A DNA stretch of 38,458 bases from Nakamurella lactea (GTDB lineage: Bacteria; Actinomycetota; Actinomycetes; Mycobacteriales; Nakamurellaceae): the NCBI GenBank assembly GCA_044463405.1, contig JBIQML010000001.1, positions 1 through 38,458 of the forward strand. The letters are read 5' to 3'. The notes under the pieces were generated by a model. It made no database searches and was not told the DNA's origin. It saw only the letters and a program-made list of their open reading frames with translations. This document shows, one piece after another, positions 1-9,272 of this stretch. The translations under genes were made by a program, and so were the position numbers. The first letter of the stretch is position 1, and each line of letters opens with the position of its first letter.

Positions 1-2
1 TC

Positions 3-422
3 ACCGCGGACGACATCGACGTGCCGCTGACCTACGACGACGTCGCGGCCGCCGGGTCGCTGCTGGGCACCACGGCGCTGATGATCTACAACGAGACGGT
101 GTCGGTGCCGTGGGCCGTGATGAAGTGGGCCGAGTTCTACCGCGACGAGTCGTGCGGCAAGTGCGCGCCCTGCCGGGTCGGGACGTTCTGGATGAGCGGC
201 GTCCTGCAGCGCATCGTCACCGGACGCGGCACCATGGAGGACATCCAGACCCTGGACGACACCGCCTTCAACATGTTCGGCCGGGTGTTCTGCGCGCTGG
301 GCGATGGTGCCGCCACGTCGGTGACCAGCGCCATCCAGCGCTTCCGGCAGGAGTTCGTCGACCTCGTCACCGGGGTGACTCCTCCCGTTCTTGAGGCCAG
401 CGAACTGGTGGGGGCGCATTGA
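3..422 (+). CDS. nuoF: NADH-quinone oxidoreductase subunit F, C-terminal part (5' end outside window)
   Basis: FYRDESCGKCAPCRVGT and FCALGDGA match the NuoF N3 [4Fe-4S] motif; lies directly upstream of nuoG; frame is open from the window edge. Confidence 0.95.
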   Translation, partial: TADDIDVPLTYDDVAAAGSLLGTTALMIYNETVSVPWAVMKWAEFYRDESCGKCAPCRVGTFWMSGVLQRIVTGRGTMEDIQTLDDTAFNMFGRVFCALGDGAATSVTSAIQRFRQEFVDLVTGVTPPVLEASELVGAH

Positions 423-423
423 T

Positions 424-2988
424 GTGACGACATCCGCACAGGTCCCGACCAAGGACCGCCCGCCACTGCCGCCGGGCCATGTACGCCTGATCATCGATGG
501 TATCGAGGTGACCGCGCCCAAGGGCGAGATGGTGATCCGCACCTGTGAGCGGGTGGGCATCGAGATCCCGCGGTTCTGCGAGCACCCACTCTTGGACCCG
601 ATCGCCGCCTGCCGGCAGTGCATGGTCGAGGTGCAGATGGGCGGACGGAAGTTGCCCAAGCCGCAGCCGGCGTGCGCCACGGTGGTGGCCGAGGACATGG
701 TGGTGGCGACGCACCTGACAAGTGCGATCGCGGCGCGCGCGCAGAAGGCCAACCTCGAGTTCCTCCTGGTCAATCACCCGCTCGACTGCCCGATGTGCGA
801 CAAGGGCGGCGAGTGCCCGCTGCAGAATCAGACGTTGGTCAACGGGCCAGGCGAATCCCGCTTTCACGAGGCCAAGAAGGTATTCGTCAAGCCGGTGCCG
901 ATATCCACCGAGATCCTGCTGGACCGCGACCGGTGCATCCAGTGCTACCGGTGCACCCGCGTCTCCGAGCAGATCGCCGGCGACCCGTTCATCGACATGG
1001 CTACCCGCGGCACCGCGATGCAGGTGGCCACCGGGCCGGGCGTCCCGTTCCAGTCCTACTTCTCCGGCAACACCATCCAGATCTGCCCGGTCGGGGCGCT
1101 GACGTCCACCGCGTACCGGTTCCGGTCGCGGCCGTTCGACCTGGTGTCATCGCCGAGCATCTGTGAGCATTGCGCCGCCGGCTGCGCGCTGCGCACGGAT
1201 CACCGCAGCAACGTGGTGCTGCGCAGGCTGGCGGGTGACGATCCCGAGGTCAATGAAGAGTGGAACTGCGACAAGGGCCGATTCGCCTTCAACTACTTCA
1301 GCGGTGACGATCGTCTGAGGTCGCCGCTGGTGCGGAACGCGCACGGCGAACTGGTGCCGGCGTCCTGGACAGACGCCATGGCGGCCGCTGCGACCGGTCT
1401 CGCAGCGGCCAAGCGCACCGGCGGCGTGGGCGTTCTGGCCGGCGGCAGGCTGACCGTGACCGACGCCTACGCGTACGCCAAGTTCGCACGGGTGGTGCTG
1501 GGCACGAACGACGCCGACTTCCGCGCACGAGATCACTCCGCCGAGGAGCTGACGTTCCTCACAGACCGGGTGGTTGGCACGTCGCCGCGGACAGGTGGGC
1601 TCACCTACACCGCGCTGGAGACCGCCCCGGCGATCCTGCTGGTGGCGTTGGAACCCGAGGAAGAGTGCCCGATTCTCTTTCTCCGCCTGCGGAAGGCTAG
1701 CCGCTGCGGCACCCGGATCACCGCGATCGCGCCCTGGGCCAGCGCCGGATTGTGCAAGACCGCCGGCGCGCTGATAGCCGCCGGTCCCGGCGACGAGCCA
1801 GCCGCCGTGCGCCGGCTAGCGGAGCCCGACGGCGATACCGGTATAGGGCTGCGGCAAACGGGTGCTGCGATCCTGGTGGGTGAACGTGCCGCGCAGATAC
1901 CGGGCCTGCTCACGGAGGTTGGTCATCTGGCGGATACCACAGGGGCAGGACTGGCGTGGGTACCCCGGCGGGCGGGGGAGCGTGGTGCCTTGGAGGTCGG
2001 CGCCGTCCCGACACTGCTGCCCGGTGCACGGGCGGTCGTGGACCCGGCGGCACGTGCCGAGGTTGAAAGCGCTTGGGGACTCGGCAGCGGGGCGATACCG
2101 TCCGCGCCGGGTCGGGACACCGCGGACATCCTGGCCGCGTCGGCGGCCGGCGAACTCGGCGGACTGCTGGTCGGCGGCGTGGAGCTGGCCGACCTACCCG
2201 ACCCCGCTGCCGCGCGGGATGCCGTTGCTGCCGCCGGGTTCGTGGTCAGTCTCGAACTTCGGCGTAGCGAGGTCACCGACCTTGCCGATGTGGTCCTCCC
2301 GGTGGCCGCCGCCGCGGAGAAGGCCGGAGCCTATCTGGACTGGGAGGGCAGAGTGCGGCCGTTCGACAAGGCGCTGAAGCTGGTCGGCGGCATGGACGAC
2401 GCTCGCGTGCTGGACACCCTCGCCGCCGAGATGGGAGTGGACCTGTGCACCCGCACCCCCCAGGCGGTCTCGGCCGACCTCGCCCGGCTTGCAGGAGGGC
2501 AGACCGCCGGCTCGCCGGGACCGTCCCCGGCCGCGACAACCGCGACGACCACGACCGATGCACCTCCGCCCCCCGCGGTGTCGCCGCCCGGCCAGCTGCG
2601 ACTGGCCTGCTGGCGGATGCTGCTGGATGACAGCCGAAGCGAGGACGGTGAGTCAAACCTGGCCGGTACCCGAAGGCCCGTCACCGCCCGGATCCACCCG
2701 GAGGTGGCCGCAGGTCTGGGACTCGATAAGGGTGACCTGATCACGATCACCGGGTCCACCGGCTCGTTGACCCTGCCGGCCCTGGCGTGCGACATCGTCG
2801 AGGACGTGGTGTGGGTCCCCGGGCGCATCGGCCGGCGCTCCACGTGTGCGCGGCTCGGCGTGGCGGTCGGAGACGTGGTGAGTGTCGCGAGGGCGGCCAC
2901 CGACGCGGTCCCGGACACGCCCGAACCCATCAATGATTCGCAGTCGCGCCTGGGTGACCGCGTCTCCGGGATGGGCGGGATGACCTGA
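424..2988 (+). CDS. nuoG: NADH-quinone oxidoreductase subunit G
   Basis: Fe-S motifs [66 protein letters not shown] start at 424 chosen just after the nuoF stop (ORF track starts 391). Confidence 0.95.
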   Translation: MTTSAQVPTKDRPPLPPGHVRLIIDGIEVTAPKGEMVIRTCERVGIEIPRFCEHPLLDPIAACRQCMVEVQMGGRKLPKPQPACATVVAEDMVVATHLTSAIAARAQKANLEFLLVNHPLDCPMCDKGGECPLQNQTLVNGPGESRFHEAKKVFVKPVPISTEILLDRDRCIQCYRCTRVSEQIAGDPFIDMATRGTAMQVATGPGVPFQSYFSGNTIQICPVGALTSTAYRFRSRPFDLVSSPSICEHCAAGCALRTDHRSNVVLRRLAGDDPEVNEEWNCDKGRFAFNYFSGDDRLRSPLVRNAHGELVPASWTDAMAAAATGLAAAKRTGGVGVLAGGRLTVTDAYAYAKFARVVLGTNDADFRARDHSAEELTFLTDRVVGTSPRTGGLTYTALETAPAILLVALEPEEECPILFLRLRKASRCGTRITAIAPWASAGLCKTAGALIAAGPGDEPAAVRRLAEPDGDTGIGLRQTGAAILVGERAAQIPGLLTEVGHLADTTGAGLAWVPRRAGERGALEVGAVPTLLPGARAVVDPAARAEVESAWGLGSGAIPSAPGRDTADILAASAAGELGGLLVGGVELADLPDPAAARDAVAAAGFVVSLELRRSEVTDLADVVLPVAAAAEKAGAYLDWEGRVRPFDKALKLVGGMDDARVLDTLAAEMGVDLCTRTPQAVSADLARLAGGQTAGSPGPSPAATTATTTTDAPPPPAVSPPGQLRLACWRMLLDDSRSEDGESNLAGTRRPVTARIHPEVAAGLGLDKGDLITITGSTGSLTLPALACDIVEDVVWVPGRIGRRSTCARLGVAVGDVVSVARAATDAVPDTPEPINDSQSRLGDRVSGMGGMT

Positions 2989-3091
2989 TGATCCGCGAGG
3001 GATGCTCGTCGGATCCCGGCCGCGGGTACCGGCGGCTGCTGAACCTGCCACGAGCACGACTCATCGAAGCACCGAGGAACCGGAGGTAGCG

Positions 3092-3715
3092 GTGTCGATA
3101 TTTGACCCCCTCAAGGGCTTCGGCGTCACCTTCGGCACCATGTTCCGTCAGGTCGTCACGGAAGACTATCCGGCCAACCCGGCATTGACCGCGCCGCGAT
3201 ATCGGATGCGTCATCGGCTCAACCGGCACCCCGACGGCCTGGAGAAATGCATCGGGTGCGAGCTCTGCGCCTGGGCGTGTCCCGCAGACGCCATCTATGT
3301 GGTGGGAGGCAACAACACGCTCGACGAGCGGTACTCGCCCGGGGAGCGGTACGCGAAGGACTACCAGATCAACTATCTGCGATGCATCGGCTGTGGCATG
3401 TGCGTGGAGGCCTGTCCCACTCGCTCATTGACGATGATCAACGAATACGAATTGGCCGACGACGACCGCCAACGGTTGATCTACACCAAGGACATGCTGC
3501 TGTCGCCGTTGCTGGCCGGCATGGAGGAGCCGCCGCACGCGATGCGCCTCGGTGACGAGAAGGCCTACTACGTCGATGGTCCGGAATTGCTGGCCGAGTT
3601 CAATGAACGCAACCGGTCCCAGGGCAACCGCATTCCACAGCCCCCGCCACTTCCGCCGCTGGGCGTCGCGACAGGAAGGTCGGCCCGCAGGGTGTTGCGG
3701 TCGACCGGCCGCTGA
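3092..3715 (+). CDS. nuoI: NADH-quinone oxidoreductase subunit I (2x[4Fe-4S])
   Basis: [11 protein letters not shown]-terminus, [17 protein letters not shown] and [24 protein letters not shown] at 3082-3086 precedes GTG 3092. Confidence 0.95.
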   Translation: MSIFDPLKGFGVTFGTMFRQVVTEDYPANPALTAPRYRMRHRLNRHPDGLEKCIGCELCAWACPADAIYVVGGNNTLDERYSPGERYAKDYQINYLRCIGCGMCVEACPTRSLTMINEYELADDDRQRLIYTKDMLLSPLLAGMEEPPHAMRLGDEKAYYVDGPELLAEFNERNRSQGNRIPQPPPLPPLGVATGRSARRVLRSTGR

Positions 3716-3928
3716 GCAGGGCGGGTCCTCCTCCGGCGGGGATCCGGCCCCGATTGGTCTGCAGGCTCCACGACCCCGACCCGCCACAACAGGGACTTTT
3801 GCCTCTGGTCCGCGGAGGTGGACGTGGCGATGGTGGGTACAGGCAACTGCAGGTTCGTCGCGACGAAGCTGGGTACAGCCCGTCGGCCGGGCCTGAAGCG
3901 CACGGAACCGGGGGCGTGGAAGGACGCG

Positions 3929-4279
3929 ATGACGTTGGCCGTTCCGGCAAGTTCGAGCATCGTGTGGACCGCGGACTGTTCGTCGACGGTGGAACTGTGC
4001 CGTTGCGACGGGCCGCGCACCGGTGTTCTCCGACCGCCCGCATGTTTCACATCGCGTCACCAGAAGGCGCCGGTCGCGGAGTTCGACCTCTCGGTTCCCG
4101 CTAACAAGCTGGCGCTGTACGAATGCCTCCTACGCAGCGGGACGGCATTCGACATCTATTACTGGATCAACCTTTCGGACCTCGCGCAGCTGTGGCCCCG
4201 CATACACCTCGAGCGAGGGATGCGTGCGGAATGGTCCAGAGCCCTTCGCGCACTGGGGTTCAGCGCGGCCACAGGGTGA
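3929..4279 (+). CDS. Small hypothetical protein resembling actinobacterial proteins encoded next to AbiEii-type nucleotidyltransferases (putative antitoxin/regulator)
   Basis: GPxxGV..FDLS.P..LYExLLRxGT..DI..WIN..L..LWPRIxL...RxEW pattern recalled from that family. ATG 3929 has GGAAGG upstream; start could be as early as 3818. Confidence 0.5.
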   Translation: MTLAVPASSSIVWTADCSSTVELCRCDGPRTGVLRPPACFTSRHQKAPVAEFDLSVPANKLALYECLLRSGTAFDIYYWINLSDLAQLWPRIHLERGMRAEWSRALRALGFSAATG

Positions 4280-4525
4280 TCCGGAGTCGACGAAGACATA
4301 TCGGCGCTGCTCGAATCGGTGACGCCCCCTCAGGGCGCGCCATAGTTCACGCCGCCGGGTTCGACCGGCGGACCGGGGGCCGACCGATCCCTCCGGTGCT
4401 TGCACGGGCATACCTGCTCGCGGGTTCCGGATGTCGGTCGGCCCCGTCTGTGGTGTCGTCGGGATGATCCCACCGCCGCCAGCGAGGCCCGACTGGCGCC
4501 CGGCGTGCTGCGCCATGGGCGCGCG

Positions 4526-5353
4526 TCAGTCGCCGGGCGCGGGATTGGCGATGCGTCCCCAGGTGGACTTGTTGCCCCAGATGTTCTGACGCAGCCCTTC
4601 CAGTTGCAGGACCTGCGAGTGGTCGACGAACAGGTTGACCTCGTTGCCGTAGTTCTTCACGTACCACTCAAACACCGGTGGGTCGGCCGCTTCGAACATG
4701 ACGTTGCGCGCCCCGAGGCCGTTCATGATGGCGGCCGCAGCGCTGGTGTTCCACTCGGCGACGTTCTCGGTGATCCCCTCCGATTCGATCATGATGATGC
4801 TGGCCCCGGCGTCAAGCGCCCTCGTGCCACGGTCCACAAGATCGCCGATGTCCTTGCGGCTCTCGGCTGCCAGTTCGGCGATCGACGAGTCACCGCCGGA
4901 GCCGAACTGGATGCCCAGCTCCGGCTTGGCCTTCAGTCCCGCCTTGACGACCTGCTCCACCAGGCGCAGCAGGCCCTCGGTCGGGACGGACAGGAACCCG
5001 GTAGATATCTCGATGACGTCGAAACCGGACTCCTTGGCCTCCTTGAGGTAGTGCGCGACGGCATCCGGCCCGTAGCGCAGCACGGTCTCGACCCAGCCGC
5101 CGGACGAGATGTAGGCGTCGTGGGAATGGGCAAGGTCGGAGAACGCCCGAACCTGCTCGCGGGGCAACAGCGCAAACGACCCGCCCGCCCATTTGACGCC
5201 GTCGACCCACTGGCCGGCCACGTCCAGCACGTCGGCCAGGTGCCGTGTGCCGTAGGTGGAGTAGTAGGGGCCGCGGACCTCCGTGAGCCCGAAGGTCCTG
5301 GGCTTTTCGGGCCGGTAGGCGCGGGGAATGAAATCGAAACTGGTGTCAGCCAT
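4526..5353 (-). CDS. Phosphosulfolactate synthase (ComA) family TIM-barrel protein, HSA32-like subgroup
   Basis: RPEKPRTFGLTEVRGPYY, VDGVKWAGGS, GFDVIEISTG, IMIESEG, MFEAA, YGNEVNLFVDHSQVLQLEGLR. AAGGAG RBS before ATG 5353. Confidence 0.9.
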   Translation of the reverse strand: MADTSFDFIPRAYRPEKPRTFGLTEVRGPYYSTYGTRHLADVLDVAGQWVDGVKWAGGSFALLPREQVRAFSDLAHSHDAYISSGGWVETVLRYGPDAVAHYLKEAKESGFDVIEISTGFLSVPTEGLLRLVEQVVKAGLKAKPELGIQFGSGGDSSIAELAAESRKDIGDLVDRGTRALDAGASIIMIESEGITENVAEWNTSAAAAIMNGLGARNVMFEAADPPVFEWYVKNYGNEVNLFVDHSQVLQLEGLRQNIWGNKSTWGRIANPAPGD

Positions 5354-5417
5354 GATGGCTCCTTCCTGCGATGGGCAGCAACCGGCTGCCCGGTGGATGC
5401 GGCCGACGGAATGCCGG

Positions 5418-6806
5418 CTACCCGCCGCGGCCCCTCGGAACCACGGCAAGCAATCGAGTGAGGTCGGTGACGGGACCGTCGGCCAGATGCTCGATCGCGC
5501 CCGCGATGTCGTCGGCCAGCGTGCCTCCGGTGAACGGGACGAGCAGCCGGCGGTACTTCGTCATAGCGGTCTGCCAGTCCAGTGGCTCGGCTGTCGAGCC
5601 GCGGTATGATGATGCCTCGGCGACCAGGTGTGTGCCGTCATTCATCTCGACGTCGACGCGGGCGGGCATCTCGGCGGGGAACCGCGCGGTGAAGCCGTCG
5701 TCCGGGCGGACGTCCACGCGGTGCAGAAGGGTCTGCGCGTCGTCGGCGATGATGCGGTCATGATCGAACTGGGCCGGCTCCACGGCGCCGTCCAACAGCG
5801 CGACCGCTACCAGGTATGGCAGCGAGTGGTCGGCCTCCTCCTTGGTGCGGATCGTCCGCTTGTCGCCCTCCTCACCGCCACCGATGATGTCGAAGGCCAC
5901 GCGGAATGTCGTGACGGTGACGTGGCGGACCCGGGAGGCGTCGAATCCGCGCCGGCAGGCGATCTCGACGGCTGACTCCAGCGCTGTCTGGGAGTGGATC
6001 TCGGCGTTGTACTTCTTCACGATCGTGCCCAGCACTCCGTTCAAGTCCTCGGCGTCCCAGTCGATCTCGAAGTCACCGGCGATCGTGTCACGAAATCCCT
6101 TGTTTCCCTCGAAGACCAGCCGGGGGCCCGTGATGCCAGCCTGGGCCAGCAGCGCCGCATGCATGCCTTGCATGGCGACCTGCGGGTAGGCGAGCCCCTT
6201 CCAGTGCGACAAGTCCCCGGTCCGGGTCACGCGCAGCGCGTTGCCGGCGGTCCCGGATATCGCGATTGCGTTCGCCGTCTGCTCCGCGGTCAGCCCGAGG
6301 ACCCTCCCGACACCTGCCGGCACCGCGTACGCCCCCTGCACGGTGTGGTCGAATCCTCTCGCCCGCACCGGCGCCACGGTCGACAGCCGAGTCTGCACCT
6401 GGTAGGCGACCGCAAGTGCCGTCAGGAACTCGCGGCCCGATGCCCCAGCCGTCTCGGCCGCTGCCAGCACGGCGCCCATGTTGTCCGACGGATGGCATGT
6501 CTCGCCCGGCGCCAGGTAACTGTCCATGAAATCCAGGTATCTGCTCAACGCGGTGTTGTAGAAGGCCACACGATCCGGGGCAGACGATCCTCCGCCGATC
6601 AGCGTCGCGGCCCCCGCGCCGCCCAGGCGGTCGGCCAGCCGGCGGATGGCCCGGATCGGTTCGGCATTCAGCGCAGCGATCGCGACGCCGACCGTGTCCA
6701 GGACTCGGATCGTGAGTTGGTCGCGGGCCGCCGGGCTCATTGCGTGCTCATCGATGCGTGTGACGAAGTCGGCGAGGCGCTCGACCTCTGACAGTTCCGA
6801 GGCCAT
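5418..6806 (-). CDS. MmgE/PrpD family protein (2-methylcitrate dehydratase-like)
   Basis: RYLDFMDSY...CHPSDN, LSHWKGLA, ITGP..VFEG.KG, KEEADHSLPY. GGAGGGAGG RBS before ATG 6806. Confidence 0.9.
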   Translation of the reverse strand: MASELSEVERLADFVTRIDEHAMSPAARDQLTIRVLDTVGVAIAALNAEPIRAIRRLADRLGGAGAATLIGGGSSAPDRVAFYNTALSRYLDFMDSYLAPGETCHPSDNMGAVLAAAETAGASGREFLTALAVAYQVQTRLSTVAPVRARGFDHTVQGAYAVPAGVGRVLGLTAEQTANAIAISGTAGNALRVTRTGDLSHWKGLAYPQVAMQGMHAALLAQAGITGPRLVFEGNKGFRDTIAGDFEIDWDAEDLNGVLGTIVKKYNAEIHSQTALESAVEIACRRGFDASRVRHVTVTTFRVAFDIIGGGEEGDKRTIRTKEEADHSLPYLVAVALLDGAVEPAQFDHDRIIADDAQTLLHRVDVRPDDGFTARFPAEMPARVDVEMNDGTHLVAEASSYRGSTAEPLDWQTAMTKYRRLLVPFTGGTLADDIAGAIEHLADGPVTDLTRLLAVVPRGRGG

Positions 6807-7215
6807 CGCTGGCCTCCCTCCACCCAAGCGTTCGACGGGGTGTCTCTCCGCCGGCGCAGGCGCGTCACCGTCGGTCCGAGACTGCCGGTGCCCGACGGGC
6901 GCACCGTCACCGCTGAGCGGACCAGTCGCTCGCGACGCGCTGACACCATCGTCGTCATCGTTGATGTCTCGCTGCCAGGGACCAACGTCCTATTTCGCCC
7001 AGTTCGGCATGTCTGCCTGGTCACACGAAACCGTGCTCGGGCGCCGCGCTCGCTGTGGCATGGACCGTCGCTTTGAATCCCGTTGGGATGTGCACGGCTC
7101 GGCGGTAGGTCCGTTCCTCGTGCCCGGTGGTTCCGGTTGCCGAAGGCGCTCTCGCGCGTGAAACTGGTTGGGCCGCCGTCGCGTCGATCGGAACGTAGAA
7201 TAGACGAGGAGACAG

Positions 7216-8448
7216 ATGACACGTGCGGTGCAGCAGATCGTGATCATCGGTGGCGGCCTGGCCGGCACCGGCGCGGCAGTGTGCCTCCGCGAGGAGAATT
7301 TCACCGGTCGCATCGTGTTGATCAGCAGTGATGCGGCACTCCCGTACGACCACGTTCCGCTGTCCAAGAACTACCTCCGTGGCGAGCCCGGCCATCACCA
7401 GTTGTTCCTCCACGACGAGTCCTTCTACCGGCAACGGAGCATCGACCTGCGCCTGGGCACGACCGTCACCACGATCGATACAGCACGTCACCGCGTGCGT
7501 CTCGACTCGGGCGAGCATCTCGGCTATGACAAGTTGCTGATCGCGACCGGGTCGTCGAACCGGCAGCTTCGAGTACCGGGCGATGATCTCGGCGGCATCT
7601 TCTACCTACGTACGTTGGCCGATGCGGACCGGCTCAAGAGCGCGTTGGCACACGCGGGCACCCTGATCGTGGTCGGAGCCGGCTTCGTCGGGTGCGAGGT
7701 CGCTGCCTCGGCTCGACAGATGGGTCTGGACGTGACGCTCATCGGCCGCGAATCGCAGCCGATGCTGAAGGCCCTCGGGCCCATCGGGGCTGGGTTCTAT
7801 GCGGACCTTCACCGCGCACACGGCGTGCACCTGCACATGGGCGTGGGGCTATCGCACTTCACCGGCAACGATGGTGAGGTTCACGGCGCGGTGCTGGATG
7901 ATGGCACCGAATTGCCGGCCGACCTGATCATGGTGGGTGTGGGTGCCGAGCCCGCCGTGGGCATGGCGGCGGCGGCCGGCATCCCCATCGACCGGGGCAT
8001 CATCACCGATGAAACCCTGGCCACCGGCGTGGCGGACGTCTACGCGGCCGGTGACGTCGCGAGCGTTCGCAGCGCCCTGTTTGCTGATCGGCCGGGCGGC
8101 GGTCACTTCGCCGCCGCGCTCTCGCAAGGGCCGGTAGCCGCGCGGAGCATGCTCGGTCAGCCGGCTCGATATGAGTCGATGCCATTCTTCTTCAGCGACC
8201 AGTACGACGTGTGGATGGAATTTACTGGTCATCCCGTGGCAGATGCCGACGTCGTGACGCGGGGTGATGTCGCCGGTGGACAGTTCGTCGTCTTCTGGCT
8301 GCGCGGAGAGAGCCTCGTCGGCGCGATGAACGTCAATGTTCTCGGCGTGCCGGATATCGTGACGCCGCTGATCGCCGGCGGCCGGTCGGTGGACCGAGCG
8401 GCTCTTGCCGACCCGACCATAGATCTGGAGAGCCTGGTTGACGAGTAG
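7216..8448 (+). CDS. FAD/NAD(P)H-dependent ferredoxin reductase-like oxidoreductase
   Basis: IIGGGLAG, LPYDHVPLSK, LIATGS, VGAGFVGCE, YAAGDVA, PFFFSDQYD. GAGGAG RBS. Confidence 0.9.
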   Translation: MTRAVQQIVIIGGGLAGTGAAVCLREENFTGRIVLISSDAALPYDHVPLSKNYLRGEPGHHQLFLHDESFYRQRSIDLRLGTTVTTIDTARHRVRLDSGEHLGYDKLLIATGSSNRQLRVPGDDLGGIFYLRTLADADRLKSALAHAGTLIVVGAGFVGCEVAASARQMGLDVTLIGRESQPMLKALGPIGAGFYADLHRAHGVHLHMGVGLSHFTGNDGEVHGAVLDDGTELPADLIMVGVGAEPAVGMAAAAGIPIDRGIITDETLATGVADVYAAGDVASVRSALFADRPGGGHFAAALSQGPVAARSMLGQPARYESMPFFFSDQYDVWMEFTGHPVADADVVTRGDVAGGQFVVFWLRGESLVGAMNVNVLGVPDIVTPLIAGGRSVDRAALADPTIDLESLVDE

Positions 8449-8561
8449 TCGCCGCCCGCCACGCACGCGACCCACCGCTCCCCATCACAGCGGGCCGGCG
8501 TCATTCGGGCACGACCGGGACGTGATGGCCTCGCACCGGGCACGATCGTGACGGACCGGCC

Positions 8562-9272
8562 ATGACCGTCGTTCCGACGCTGCGCGTGATTGCCGCCGGC
8601 GCGTCGCGTGACCTGGTGAATCGCCTGATCCCGGAGATGCCGGGCGGTATCACGGTGTCGGCGCGCTTCGGGCCGGTCGGTGAGGTACACGACCGGGTGT
8701 CCGGCGGCGAACCGTGCGACGTGGTGATCACCAGCGCGGCGGGGCTGGCGGACCTGGTGGCCGACGGGCTGTTGGTCGGTAGATCGTCACGCGACGTGGG
8801 TTCGGTGGTGACGGCGCTGGCCGTCCGCGACGGTGACGAGACACCCGACCTGACGGACGGTCTCGACCGCATCCTGCTCGATGCGGATGCGCTGTACTGC
8901 CCGGACCCGCGGGCCGCCACCGCCGGCAGGCACCTGTGGTCGGTGCTGGGCCGCATGGGGATCGTCGACATGCTGGTGCCCCGGCTGCGGGCCTTTCCGC
9001 ATGGCGCAGCCGCCATGGCCGCGCTGGCGGAATCGGACGCCGCAGCGCCGATCGGCTGCACCCAGCTGACCGAGATCCTGGCCACGCCCGGTGTCCGGCC
9101 CGCGGGCGCGCTGCCGGCGCCATACGATCTGGCGACCGTCTACCGGGTCGCGGTCGGGGTCGGTGCCGGCGACCCCGAGTCGGCGGCTCGGTTCGTCGAC
9201 CTCGTCACCGGGACGGCTCACGCGGGCCTGCGGGCATCGCTCGGTTTCGAACCGGTCGGGCCCTCACGATGA
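8562..9272 (+). CDS. ModA-like substrate-binding-fold protein with no signal peptide
   Basis: LRVIAAGA, FGPVG...GEPCDVVI, PDP.AATAGRH, FPHGAAAM, IGCTQLTEI, GALP.PYDLATVY. No hydrophobic N-terminus and no permease genes nearby. Confidence 0.75.
   Translation: MTVVPTLRVIAAGASRDLVNRLIPEMPGGITVSARFGPVGEVHDRVSGGEPCDVVITSAAGLADLVADGLLVGRSSRDVGSVVTALAVRDGDETPDLTDGLDRILLDADALYCPDPRAATAGRHLWSVLGRMGIVDMLVPRLRAFPHGAAAMAALAESDAAAPIGCTQLTEILATPGVRPAGALPAPYDLATVYRVAVGVGAGDPESAARFVDLVTGTAHAGLRASLGFEPVGPSR

Noticed and set aside
4526-5353. Coenzyme M biosynthesis cluster
   Set aside because: Only a ComA-family gene is present; no phosphatase, dehydrogenase or decarboxylase partners.
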